Shown one piece after another: positions 24,017 through 34,775 of a stretch of 64,000 nucleotides of DNA (position 1 is the first letter of the stretch; each line of letters starts with the position of its first letter). The stretch spans positions 256,214 to 320,213 of the forward strand of contig CAVYGB010000009.1 in assembly GCA_963767925.1 (NCBI GenBank), read 5' to 3'. A program made the translations under genes and the position numbers. Origin of the DNA: an uncultured delta proteobacterium. Its GTDB lineage: Bacteria > Myxococcota_A > Polyangia > Fen-1088. The notes under the pieces were generated by a model. The model was not told the DNA's origin and ran no database searches. It saw nothing but the letters and a program-made list of their open reading frames with translations.

Positions 24017-26212
24017 ATGACCCTCCGCGAGCGCTTCAGCCGCGCCTGGCGGGACGGGGTCGCCCGGCTCCGCCCGCTGGGCGCTACAATCGCTTCCCGG
24101 GCGGCGGCGCGGCTCGATCGCGCCTGGCGGGGGGCGATCGCCTCGCTCGGCGCCGTCGTGATCGCCCTGCTGGCCGTGATCGCCTACGTCGATGCCACCC
24201 GCGGCGCCTTTCACTTCGACGACAGCCACGCCGTCGAGGAGAACCCCGCCATCCGCTCGCTGGCCAACGTGGGGCGCTTCTTCGTCGATCCCACCGCGTT
24301 TTCGGTGTTGCCGCAAAACACGGGGTACCGGCCGGTGTTGCTGGTGTCTTTCGCCCTCAACGCGCAGATCGGGGGGGTCAGCCCGGCGGCCTTCCTGGCG
24401 GGAAACCTGCTGGTGCACCTGCTGTGCGCCCTGCTCCTGCACGCGCTGATCAAGGGGCTGGCCCGGCGGCTGGGTCGACCGGACGCCGGCGCGCTGGCCT
24501 TCGTGGCGGCGGCGATCTTCGCCGTGCATCCGCTGTTCTCCGAGTGTGTCAACTACGTCTCGGCCCGCTCCGAGAGCCTCTCGTCGACCCTGGGCGTGGC
24601 CGCCCTGCTGGCCTGGCTGCGGGGCCGCGAAGATCGCCGCTGGCTGGCGGCCGCCGCGATCTCCCTGCTGGCCGCCATGTTGACCAAGCCGGTCGTGATC
24701 ACCCTGCCGGTCTTCGCCGGCCTGATCCTGTGGGCCATCCCCGGCGAGCGCAGCGCCCGTCCCGCCCGCACCGTCGAGCGGCTGGCCTGGCTGGCCGTCC
24801 CCGCCGCCGCCGGCGCCGCCCTGGTCCTGTACATGACCCCGCCGATCGCGATCGCCTCGGCCTCCGGCTTCGATCGCTGGACGTATCTGCGCTCGCAGCT
24901 CCCGGCGACGCTGCACTACCTGCGCCTGTTCGTCTGGCCGGTCGGCCAGAGCGCCGACGCCGACTACCCGGCGATGACCTCCTTCGCCCAGCCGGAGGTC
25001 TGGCTCTCCGCGCTCGTGCTGCTCACCGTGGCCGGCTGGACCGTCTGGGCGCTGGCCACCCGGCGCCGCCCCGGCGTGGCCCTGGCCGTGTGCTGGTTCT
25101 TCCTCTGCCTGGCCGTCACCGCGCTGTTCCCCCTGGCCGAGATCGTCAACGAGCACCGCCCCTACCTGGCCGCCGCCAGCCTCTGCGTCCTGGCCGCCCA
25201 CGCCCTCCGCCGCCTCCCGACGCTGCTATTCGGAACCCCCGCCGCAACCGCGGGTCCCCCCGCCCATGACCCCGCGATCATCACCTCCGCCGCCGATGAA
25301 CCCGCCCCCTCCGTCGTCTCTCCCTCCGAAATCTCCGACTACGGCGTCTCCGCCACCGCCTCTCCCACCGCCTCTCCCTCCGTCGTCTCAGCCTCGCCGA
25401 CGGACTCCTCGGATGTCTCCGGCTCGCCGGAGGTTGCCCCGCGCGCCCCCGTCTGGGCCGCCCTCGTCCCCTCCGTCGAGGCCAGGATTGCCTTCGCCCG
25501 CTCCCTCGCCGCCGTCCGGGCGGCAACCCCGGCCGTTGTCGCCGTCGCGGCGGTGCTGGCCGTGCTCGGCACCCTCACCGTGTCGCGCAACCGCGTCTGG
25601 GAGAACCCCGCGACCTTGTGGCAAGACGTCGTCGCCAAGGCCCCCCTCTCGCCCCGGGCCCACATGAACTACGGCCTGGCGCTCATGAACCGCGGCAACC
25701 GCCAGGCCGCCGAAGCCCACCTGCGCGAAGCCGTCCGCCTGTCCCCGACCTACAGCTACGCCCGCATCAACCTCGGAAGCTGGCTGATGGCCGGCGGCTC
25801 CCTGAAGGAAGCCGCCGCCGAGCTGGACCTCGCCATCGCCCTCGACCCGCAGCTCTTCTACGGCCACTACTTCCGCGGCCGCGTCGCCACCCTCCTCTCC
25901 GAGCCCCCCTCCGAACGCGCCCGTCACCTCGGCGCCGCGGTTGCCCTCAGCCCCAGCTACGCCGACGCCTGGTACCAGCTCGCCCTGGCCCGCGACGCCG
26001 CCGGCGACCACCCCGGCACCATCGAAGCCGCCGCCCGCGCCGCCGCTCTCCGCGGAACCTACGAAGACCGCTTCCTCCACGGCTACGCCCTCCTGCAAGC
26101 CCGCCAGGTCACCGCCGCCATGGCCGTCCTCAACGCCCTCGCCCGCGAGCGCCCCGACGACCACCGCGTGAGCTACAACCTCAGCTACGCCGCCCGCCTC
26201 CTCGCCCCCTGA
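24017..26212 (+). CDS. TMTC-like GT-C membrane glycosyltransferase with C-terminal TPRs
   Basis: FDD-x-x-AV-x-x-N, YRP, N-x-x-x-H, FAVHP-x-x-x-E-x-V-x-Y-x-x-x-R-x-E, EHRPYL and RN-x-x-W motifs; multiple TM helices; TPR tail. Confidence 0.85.
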   Translation: MTLRERFSRAWRDGVARLRPLGATIASRAAARLDRAWRGAIASLGAVVIALLAVIAYVDATRGAFHFDDSHAVEENPAIRSLANVGRFFVDPTAFSVLPQNTGYRPVLLVSFALNAQIGGVSPAAFLAGNLLVHLLCALLLHALIKGLARRLGRPDAGALAFVAAAIFAVHPLFSECVNYVSARSESLSSTLGVAALLAWLRGREDRRWLAAAAISLLAAMLTKPVVITLPVFAGLILWAIPGERSARPARTVERLAWLAVPAAAGAALVLYMTPPIAIASASGFDRWTYLRSQLPATLHYLRLFVWPVGQSADADYPAMTSFAQPEVWLSALVLLTVAGWTVWALATRRRPGVALAVCWFFLCLAVTALFPLAEIVNEHRPYLAAASLCVLAAHALRRLPTLLFGTPAATAGPPAHDPAIITSAADEPAPSVVSPSEISDYGVSATASPTASPSVVSASPTDSSDVSGSPEVAPRAPVWAALVPSVEARIAFARSLAAVRAATPAVVAVAAVLAVLGTLTVSRNRVWENPATLWQDVVAKAPLSPRAHMNYGLALMNRGNRQAAEAHLREAVRLSPTYSYARINLGSWLMAGGSLKEAAAELDLAIALDPQLFYGHYFRGRVATLLSEPPSERARHLGAAVALSPSYADAWYQLALARDAAGDHPGTIEAAARAAALRGTYEDRFLHGYALLQARQVTAAMAVLNALARERPDDHRVSYNLSYAARLLAP

Positions 26213-26307
26213 CCGCCGCCCAGCACGCCCCGGCGACCGGCATCTCAACCAGGGCGACGAGGTCGCAGCGAGCGAGGCCACCTCCCCCGCCGGGGGCCTT
26301 GTCCGTC

Positions 26308-26367
26308 ACCTCTCCCCGCGGTCCGCCGTGGGGAGAGGTCGGCGCGTCTGCGCGCCGGGTGAGGGGC
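26308..26367. repeat. BoxC/REP-like palindromic extragenic element
   Basis: ACCTCTCCCC...GGGGAGAGGT hairpin followed by GGGTGAGGGG; related element at 59006. Confidence 0.6.
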
Positions 26368-26402
26368 CTCCGGCGTGGCAACCGCCCCTCACTCCGCCCA
26401 CT

Positions 26403-26660
26403 CTACTCGAACATGCGGAGCTGGGCGGGGGCGGTGTGGCCGGAGGGCAGGGGGGGCCAGGGGCTGGCGTCGAAGGGGCGGTAGCGGATGTCGACGAAGT
26501 CGTTGTCGTGGTAGCGAACACGGGGGGTGCCGGCGCGCGCCAGCGCTGCCACCCGGTTGGCCGGGAGGTTGGAGACCTCGATCTCGAGGACGTTGCGCCG
26601 GGCACGCAGGTGCCGGGCGACGTCGACCCGGAAGGGCGGCCACGCGCGCGTCCGGCGAAG
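26403..26660 (-). pseudogene. C-terminal remnant of a glycoside hydrolase (GH106/GH2-type beta-sandwich tail)
   Basis: Not in the ORF track. Hand translation WPPFRVDVARHLRARRNVLEIEVSNLPANR...FVDIRYRPFDASPWPPLPSG...*; no start codon upstream in frame. Confidence 0.7.
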
Positions 26661-26737
26661 ACGAGGGTCGCCAGCGCACCTGGCACGGTGCCCGACCGCA
26701 ACATGGCGTCGCGTTCAACTTGGCCTAGAGTCACCCG

Positions 26738-27177
26738 ATGACCACCGTTCGGCGGGCCTTCTCGGTCGCGATCTTCTGCCGCCACCAGGGCGACGTCCTG
26801 CTCATCAAACACAAGCGGCTCGGGACCTGGCTGCCCGTGGGCGGCGAGATCGAGCCCGGCGAGACGCCGCTCGACGCCGCCGCCCGCGAGCTGCGCGAGG
26901 AGACCGGTCTTCTCGGCGTGTTCCCCGACGGCCTGGGCGTGGAGGGCACGCCCCCCGGGCTGATCGGCTACGAGGAGCACCTGGCCGGGAGCAAGGGCCT
27001 GCACATGAACTTCGCCTTCGTCGCCGACGTCCCCACCCGCACCCTGACCGCCTGCGACGAATACGACGAGGCGATCTGGGTCGGCCGCTCCGCCGACCTG
27101 ACCCAGCTCCCCTGCCCCCGCAACGTCAAGCAGCTCTGCACCCTCGCCCTCGCCGCCCCCACCTCCGCCCTCGCCCG

Positions 27178-27181
<4 letters not shown>
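26738..27181 (+). CDS. NUDIX hydrolase
   Basis: Nudix box GGEIEPGETPLDAAARELREETGL. Confidence 0.92.
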
Positions 27182-28184
<1,003 letters not shown>

Positions 28185-28308
28185 GGTTTACGTCGCGGCG
28201 TGCGAAGTGTCGCTTTCGCCTCCTCCCGAGCACCTAGCGCGCGGCCGCACCCGCTGACATTCAAGTGGCTCCGGCCGCCTCGAGGTCGGCACCGAAGCGA
28301 GGACCACC

Positions 28309-29520
28309 CTACCGGCGCAGCGGCTTGAAGAACGCGCGCACGTCGCCCACCAGGACGTCCGGCACCTCCATGGCCGGGAAGTGGCCGCCGCGGGGAAATT
28401 CGTTCCAGTGCACGATGTTGTGGTCGCGTTCGGCGAGCTTGCGGATGGTGATGTCGTGTGAGGTGAAGACCGCGACCCCGGTGGGGACCGTGCCGCGGGC
28501 CCTGGGGGCCCACGCCGCCGGGTCGTGGCTGGTCTCGTAGTAGAGCTGCGCGGACGAGCCCGCGGTGGCGGTGAGCCAGTAGAGCGTGACGTCGGTCAGG
28601 AACTGGTCGCGGTCGATCGCCTGTTCCGGGAGCTGGGCGACCGGATCGCTCCACTCCTTGAACTTCTCCACCATCCAGGCCAGTTGCCCGACCGGCGAGT
28701 CGGTCAGGGCGTAGGCCAGCGTCTGGGGACGGGTGCCCTGCTGGTGGATGTAGCCCATCTGCTCCTGCTGAAACGCCTTCAGCCGGCGCAGCCGATCCGA
28801 GTCCACCTCCGACAGCTTCCCCAGCTCGGCCGGATCCCCGGACGGAAAGGTCAGCAAGGCGTTCATGTGCACCCCGACCACCCGTTCGGGGGCGGCCCGG
28901 GCCACCTCGGGCGCCTCGAAGGCTCCGTGGTCGCCACCCTGGACCCCGTATCTCTGATAGCCGAGGCGTGCCATCACCTCCGCGTAGGCCCGCGCGTTGC
29001 GCGCGTGCGTCCAGCCCGCGCCGCTGAGCGGGATCGAGAAGCCATGGCCGGGGATGGAGGGCGCTACAACGTGGAAGGCCTGCTTCGGATCGGCGCCGTG
29101 GGCGCGCGGGTCGACGAGCGGGCCGATGACCTTGCTGAACTCCACGATCGAGCCCGGCCACCCGTGGATCAGCAGCAAGGGCAGGGCGTCCGGCTCGGGC
29201 GAGCGCACGTGCAGAAAGTGGATGGTCTGTCCCTCCACCCCCGTCGTGAACTGCGGAAATTCGTTGAGCCGGGCCTCCTGCTTGCGCCAGTCGAAAGCAG
29301 TCCGCCAGTACTCGACCAGCCCCTTCAGATAGCCGACCGGCACCCCCCGGGCCCAGCCCACGCCCGGCACCTCATCGGGCCAGCGGGTACGAGCGAGCCG
29401 CTCGCGAAGGTCGTCGATCTGGTCTTGCGGGATGTCGATCCGGAACGGGCGGATGGAAATGTCCCGCTCATCGGGCCGGGGCTGGGTCGAGGACTGTCCC
29501 GGGATTCTGCTCTCGGTCAT
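28309..29520 (-). CDS. Epoxide hydrolase (EHN plus alpha/beta hydrolase)
   Basis: [44 protein letters not shown]. Confidence 0.93.
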   Translation of the reverse strand: MTESRIPGQSSTQPRPDERDISIRPFRIDIPQDQIDDLRERLARTRWPDEVPGVGWARGVPVGYLKGLVEYWRTAFDWRKQEARLNEFPQFTTGVEGQTIHFLHVRSPEPDALPLLLIHGWPGSIVEFSKVIGPLVDPRAHGADPKQAFHVVAPSIPGHGFSIPLSGAGWTHARNARAYAEVMARLGYQRYGVQGGDHGAFEAPEVARAAPERVVGVHMNALLTFPSGDPAELGKLSEVDSDRLRRLKAFQQEQMGYIHQQGTRPQTLAYALTDSPVGQLAWMVEKFKEWSDPVAQLPEQAIDRDQFLTDVTLYWLTATAGSSAQLYYETSHDPAAWAPRARGTVPTGVAVFTSHDITIRKLAERDHNIVHWNEFPRGGHFPAMEVPDVLVGDVRAFFKPLRR

Positions 29521-29686
29521 CTGCTTCTCCGATCTGGTGGTGGGTTGGACGGCCGGCGATCGCGTGAGGCAAGCCCCCGTGACGAGCAAGAGGACGGCGA
29601 TCTTTGCGGGCGGCGTGGGGACTGCTGCCATGGCGACTCCTGGTGGCTCGACCGCGAGGGTGGTGGCGCCCGCGGGCGAAATCAAA

Positions 29687-29708
29687 CGGAACGGAATGAT
29701 TCGTTCCG
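29687..29708. promoter_or_regulatory. Candidate TetR operator
   Basis: Near-perfect inverted repeat CGGAACGGA-ATGA-TTCGTTCCG between the divergent epoxide hydrolase and tetR genes. Confidence 0.65.
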
Positions 29709-29763
29709 CAAACTATAGGCAGGGGAAGACGGGTGTTCAAGGGCCCGGGGTATGATGGGGGAA

Positions 29764-30408
29764 ATGGCCAGGAAGCAGACGCGGGCGGCGCCGCTGGCGG
29801 GCAGGCAGGCCCAGGCTCGGGACAACGACCAGCGCATCCTGGAGGCCGCCCGGCAGGTGTTCGTCGAAAATCCCGAGGCCCCCATCGCCGCCGTGGCCCG
29901 GCGCGCGGGAGTCGGCATCAGCGCGCTCTACCGTCGCTACCGGAGCAAGAAGAGCCTGCTCGATCGGGTCTGTCTCGAGGGCTTGCGCCGCTACGTCGCC
30001 GCCGCCGAGAAGGCGCTCGCCGACACCGCGGAGGAGCCCTGGCTGGTCTACAGCCGGTTCATGCGGGAGATCGTCGACGCTGACACCCACTCGAACGTCC
30101 TGCGCCTCGCCGGCGTCTTCAAGCCGAGCAAGATCTTGTACCGGGAGGCGGAGCAGGCCCAGGCGCTCAATCTCCGCCTCTTCAACCGGATCAAAGCCGC
30201 CCGCGTCCTCCGCCCCGACATCGAGGCCTCCGACATCGCCCTCATCTTCGAGCAGCTCGCCGCCATCCGACTGGGCGACGCCCCCCGAACCGCCCGCCTC
30301 CGCCAGCGCTACCTCGCCCTCCACCTCGACGCGCTGACCCCCCGAACCAGCCCCCCGCTGCCCGGCCCTCCTCCAACCTGGGAGGAGATCAACGCCCGCT
30401 GGGGCTGA
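29764..30408 (+). CDS. TetR/AcrR-family transcriptional regulator
   Basis: ILEAARQVF...IAAVARRAGVGISALYRRYRSK helix-turn-helix. Confidence 0.93.
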   Translation: MARKQTRAAPLAGRQAQARDNDQRILEAARQVFVENPEAPIAAVARRAGVGISALYRRYRSKKSLLDRVCLEGLRRYVAAAEKALADTAEEPWLVYSRFMREIVDADTHSNVLRLAGVFKPSKILYREAEQAQALNLRLFNRIKAARVLRPDIEASDIALIFEQLAAIRLGDAPRTARLRQRYLALHLDALTPRTSPPLPGPPPTWEEINARWG

Positions 30409-30469
30409 ACAGGAACCTCACCTCATCCCGGGGCGCGTTGCGGCGGCTCGACCAGGCCAGATATACTGA

Positions 30470-30882
30470 GAGAGCGTTCGCGACGCTCACGAATCCCTGA
30501 CCATCGACCTCGTTGCGGATCCCGTGCCACTGGCCGAACCACCCTGGGCCGTGACATTGGGTGGTGCCAGCTTCCTGGTGGATACACCGCACCAGATCCT
30601 CGTGAACAAGCTCTGCGCGATACTGAGTCGGTCCGAGCCCCGCGATCTCGAAGACATAAAGGCGCTGCTCGAAAGCGCGGGCGACCTGCCTCGCGCCCTC
30701 GAGGACTGCCCGCAGCAGGAAGCGGGCTTTCGCCACTCACGCTCGCCTGGGCGATTCGGAGCCTGCCCCTCGAGCGACTGACCGCCGCGCTCGGCTGGCC
30801 ATCCGATCGAGCAGAAGCTTTGGCGCGTTTCCGCGACGTCTTCGTCGAGCGGGTCCTCCAGGAAGCACGACCCGAATCCTAG
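30470..30882 (+). pseudogene. C-terminal remnant of an AbiEii-like nucleotidyltransferase
   Basis: IDLVAD...VDTPHQILVNKLCAILSRSEPRDLED; frameshift near 30730 continues PLTLAWAI...; 5' half missing. Confidence 0.65.
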
Positions 30883-30891
30883 TGCACCGTC

Positions 30892-32310
30892 TCAGTCGAA
30901 CTGCGGGGCGCGGCGGGCGATGAGATCGAGGGCGGCGACGCGGTAGGCTTCGCCCAGCGTCGGGAAGTTGAAGATGTTCTCGACGAAGGCGTCGATCTCC
31001 AGGCCGCCGAGCAGCGCCATCTGACCCACGTGGATCAGCTCCGAGGCCCCCTCGCCGACGATGTGCACGCCGAGCAGGCGGCGCCCGCTGGGGTCGGCGA
31101 TCAGCTTCAGCAGCCCGTCCTCGATGCCGGAGATCACCCCCCGGGCGATCTCCTCGAAGCGGGCCCGGCCCACCAGCGGGGCGGCGCCCTCGCGGCGGAG
31201 CGCGTCCTCCTCGCTCAGCCCCACGCTGGCCATCTCCGGGATGCTGTAGATGCCGATGGGGATGGTATCGGGTGAATCGCTCGAGGGGAGCTGCAGGGCG
31301 TGGCGGGCGGCCCGGCGCCCTTGTTCCATGGCCGTGGAGGCGAGCGAGGGCGGACCGATGACGTCGCCCACCGCGTACACCCCGGGCACCTTCGTCCGGC
31401 AGTGCTCGTCGACCTCGAGCAGGCCCCGGGCGTTGGTCTGCAGGCCGGCCGCCGCCAGGTCCAGGCCCTCCACCGCCGCCACCCGACCCAGGGCGACCAT
31501 CAGCTTGTCGCTCTCCACCAGCTCGCCGTTGCCCAGGCGGGTGCGGACCTTGCTGGCCCCGTCCCAGCGCACCTCGCCGGCGCTGGTGTTGCCCACGTAC
31601 CGGCCGCCGCTGCGCCCGAGCGCGGTCACGAACCGCTCCACCAGGTCGGCGTCCACGAACTTCAGGGGCCGGTCCGCCCGGTCGACCATCGTCACCTTCA
31701 CCCCCAGGTGGGAAAAGACGCTGGCGTATTCGCAGGCGATCACCCCGCCGCCCAGGATGGTCAGCGACCCGGGCAGGTAGATCATCGACAGGATGGAGTC
31801 GCTGTCGAGGATGTTCTCGTGGTCCACCGGGATCTCGGGCGGGTTGCGCGGGCGCGAGCCGACCGCCACCACCACCGAGCGGGCCTCCAGCTCGACCGTC
31901 GGCCCCTTCACCGGCCGCACCGCCACCCGGTTCGCCGCCAGGAACCGGCCCCGGCCGTGGTAGCGGGTGATGCCGTTGCGGGCGAGCTGCCCGCCGATGT
32001 AGCCCACGTGGCTGTCGATGACCTGGTTCAGCCGGGACATCAGCGCCTTGACCTCGACCCCCTCGCGCAGCCGGAACCCGGACATCTCGCCGTGGCGCTG
32101 GATGCGAGCGAGCTGCAGCGCCGTCTCGCGCAGGGTCTTGCTGGGGATGGTGCCCCGGTAGACACACTGGCCCCCGACCCCCGGCTCCTGCTCGATCAGC
32201 GCCACGCGGGCCCTGGACTTGGCGGCCTGGATGGCGGCCTTCTGCCCCGCCGGCCCGCTGCCGATCACCACCAGGTCGAACTGTTCGGTCAAGCTCGGCT
32301 CGCCCATCAT
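30892..32310 (-). CDS. sthA: Soluble (Si-specific) NAD(P)+ transhydrogenase
   Basis: GSGPAG; CVYRGTIPSKTLRE (single Cys); DSDSIL; GGGVIACEYAS; GIYSIPE; FNFPTLGEAY. Confidence 0.9.
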   Translation of the reverse strand: MMGEPSLTEQFDLVVIGSGPAGQKAAIQAAKSRARVALIEQEPGVGGQCVYRGTIPSKTLRETALQLARIQRHGEMSGFRLREGVEVKALMSRLNQVIDSHVGYIGGQLARNGITRYHGRGRFLAANRVAVRPVKGPTVELEARSVVVAVGSRPRNPPEIPVDHENILDSDSILSMIYLPGSLTILGGGVIACEYASVFSHLGVKVTMVDRADRPLKFVDADLVERFVTALGRSGGRYVGNTSAGEVRWDGASKVRTRLGNGELVESDKLMVALGRVAAVEGLDLAAAGLQTNARGLLEVDEHCRTKVPGVYAVGDVIGPPSLASTAMEQGRRAARHALQLPSSDSPDTIPIGIYSIPEMASVGLSEEDALRREGAAPLVGRARFEEIARGVISGIEDGLLKLIADPSGRRLLGVHIVGEGASELIHVGQMALLGGLEIDAFVENIFNFPTLGEAYRVAALDLIARRAPQFD

Positions 32311-33200
32311 CCCACCGTCAGCGCGTCCACGAGCGCCAGCACCGCCGCCCGCTTGCCGATCACTGCGTCCACATCCTCCGGATAAAGATTCAGCGCCTCG
32401 ATCACCGGGTCTCCGCGCAGCAGGGCCTCGTCCAGCGCCTCGGACGCGAGCGACCAGGTGGCCAGCAGCGAGGACAGCCGGGTGATCAGCACCTCCTGGC
32501 GGAACGCTCCCACCTCCGCGCTGTCGCCGCGGTGGTGGTGGGCGATGGAGGCCACCACCGCGCCGGGCAGCAGCCAGCTGTCGGCGATGAGCAGGCCCAC
32601 CGACGTCTGCAGCTCGGCGTACAGCGCGGCCAGCGCCGCGGGCGTCAGCTTCGGCAGCCCCCTGGCCACGTCGGCGGCAGCGTCGACCGCGATCTGGAGC
32701 ACCGCCGGCCGCCCCACCCCGTGCAGCAACCCGCACAGGAACGCGCTCTCGACGTTGCTGCGGCGAAGCCGGGCCACCTCCTTGGCCCAGGCCCCGGAGG
32801 CCAGGGCGTGGCGCCAGAGCTGCTGCAGGTCGGCCTCGTAGCCGGGCACCTTGAAGGTGCCGCTCTGCAGGGAGGCCGCGAACGCGATCTCGTTGATCAC
32901 GGTGAGCCCCAGCCGGGCCACCGCCTGCTGCAGCGACACGATCGGCATCCGGGGGGCATACGCCGCCGAGTTGGACGTGCGCAGCACCTGCCCGGCCAGC
33001 GAGGGGTCCTTGTGGATCAGCGCCGAAAGCCGGCTGGCGTCCACCGCGGGCGACGCCGCCAGGGCGACGACCTGGCTGGCCACCTCGGGCAACAGCGGCA
33101 CCCGCCAGCTACCCGCCCGCACCCGGGCGCGAACCTCCTCGGACACCAGCGCCCCGACTTCGGCGCGCTCGCCTGGACCCGCAACCGCCATGTAGACCAT
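32307..33200 (-). CDS. Stand-alone HDOD domain protein
   Basis: PLLPEVA, DPSLAGQVLRTSNS, SLQQAVARLG, LWRHA, FLCGLLH, W-x-LP...HHH; stop overlaps the sthA start. Confidence 0.88.
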   Translation of the reverse strand: MVYMAVAGPGERAEVGALVSEEVRARVRAGSWRVPLLPEVASQVVALAASPAVDASRLSALIHKDPSLAGQVLRTSNSAAYAPRMPIVSLQQAVARLGLTVINEIAFAASLQSGTFKVPGYEADLQQLWRHALASGAWAKEVARLRRSNVESAFLCGLLHGVGRPAVLQIAVDAAADVARGLPKLTPAALAALYAELQTSVGLLIADSWLLPGAVVASIAHHHRGDSAEVGAFRQEVLITRLSSLLATWSLASEALDEALLRGDPVIEALNLYPEDVDAVIGKRAAVLALVDALTVG

Positions 33201-33321
33201 TGACTCGGCGTGAATGGGTCCCGGCCTTAGATGCGGGCTCGGAAAAGTCCCTTCGGACATTGGGCCGGGGTTCGGCGGGGCGGGGGTGTCGGACGGTGCG
33301 CACAGTGGCTATGGTGCAGGC

Positions 33322-34164
33322 GTGAGCACCGACCTGTCCGGCCGCACCATCCTCATCACCGGCGCCAACACCGGCATCGGTCGGGCCGCCGCGGAGAAGC
33401 TGGCCGCCGCGGGCGCCCGGCTGCTGCTGGCCTGCCGTTCGCCCGAGCGCGCCCGGGGCGTCCTGGACACCATCGCCAGCCGTCACGGGCCGGACCGGGC
33501 GCTGCTGATCCCACTCGACCTGGCCGACCTCGGTCAGATCCGGCAGGCCGCCGCCCGCGTGGCGGACACCACCGCACGCCTCGACCTGCTGCTGAACAAC
33601 GCCGGCCTGGCCGGCCAGCGCGGCGTGACCCGGGACGGCTTCGAGACGACCTTCGGAGTCAACCACCTCGGCCACTTCCTGCTCACCCTGCTGTTGCTTC
33701 CCCTCCTGCGCGCCGCCGGCACAGCCCGCATCGTGAACGTGTCCAGCGTGGCCCATCTGCGGGCCCGCAACATCGACTTCGCAGCCCTCCGCCAACCCAC
33801 GCGCACCTTCACCGGCTTCCCCGAATACACCGTCTCCAAGCTGTGCAACCTGCTCTTCACCCGGGAGCTCGCCCGCCGCCTACAGGGCACGGGCATCACC
33901 CCCTGCGCCGTCCACCCCGGCACCGTCGCCACCGAAGTCTGGCGCCGCCTCCCCAGCCCCGCCCGCTGGCTCGCCATGCAGTTCATGATCTCGCCCGAGC
34001 AAGGCGCCCAACGCCTCCTCCACGCCGCCCTCACCCCGTCCGTGGAACCCGGCACCTACTACGATCAATTCCAACCGCGCCAGGGCAACCCCCTCGCCAC
34101 CGGCCCCGACCTGGCCAAACAGCTATGGACCCAGAGCGCCACCTGGACCGCCACCGACCTCTGA
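33322..34164 (+). CDS. Short-chain dehydrogenase/reductase (retinol dehydrogenase-like)
   Basis: TGANTGIG, NNAG, VNHLGHF, YTVSK, VHPG. Confidence 0.92.
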   Translation: MSTDLSGRTILITGANTGIGRAAAEKLAAAGARLLLACRSPERARGVLDTIASRHGPDRALLIPLDLADLGQIRQAAARVADTTARLDLLLNNAGLAGQRGVTRDGFETTFGVNHLGHFLLTLLLLPLLRAAGTARIVNVSSVAHLRARNIDFAALRQPTRTFTGFPEYTVSKLCNLLFTRELARRLQGTGITPCAVHPGTVATEVWRRLPSPARWLAMQFMISPEQGAQRLLHAALTPSVEPGTYYDQFQPRQGNPLATGPDLAKQLWTQSATWTATDL

Positions 34165-34257
34165 CCCGCCCCCGCTCCGGCAGCGGGTTCTGTGTACCCG
34201 ACGCAACTTCCCTGAAGAGGAGACGATACCGCGGCATGAAAGGTTCCCCGATCCTCC

Positions 34258-34722
34258 GTGACAAGGGCGAGGCGCAAAAATGAGCGTGCGGTCGTCCTTC
34301 GTCGCGGGGTCCTGTGTTGGTGCCTGGCCGGCTGCGGAGAGACCGCGACGGCGCCCGAGTCGGGGCCTCCCCCGGACACCACCACCGCGGACGCCAGCGC
34401 TCCACCCGACGCTGCCCCGACCAGCAATCCGCGTTCTGAAACCGACGCCGCCGGCGACCTCCTACCCGGTGATGCGATGGGCGCCACCGACTGCATGCCC
34501 AAGGTGCATCCGGGCACGATCACCTACGTGAACGCCGATACCGGCGAGGTGCGGGTCCAACCGGTGGACGCGAGCAACGAAGGCCGCCATTGGGTCATGA
34601 CGCCCGAAGGCCGCGTCCCCATGGTGAAGTGCGTTTTCAAGCGCCTCGACGCCAGCACGGCCGAGATCAAGGCCTACGGCCCCTGCGACCAGCTCCTGGA
34701 AGTCACCATCGGAACAACCTGA
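34258..34722 (+). CDS. Hypothetical lipoprotein
   Basis: Leader ending CLAGC; Pro/Asp-rich linker; GC-typical codon use. Confidence 0.55.
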   Translation: MTRARRKNERAVVLRRGVLCWCLAGCGETATAPESGPPPDTTTADASAPPDAAPTSNPRSETDAAGDLLPGDAMGATDCMPKVHPGTITYVNADTGEVRVQPVDASNEGRHWVMTPEGRVPMVKCVFKRLDASTAEIKAYGPCDQLLEVTIGTT

Positions 34723-34775
34723 GGCGATCGTCGATGATCTGGAGGACGCGGGAGCACGGCAATCGGCCGACAGCC

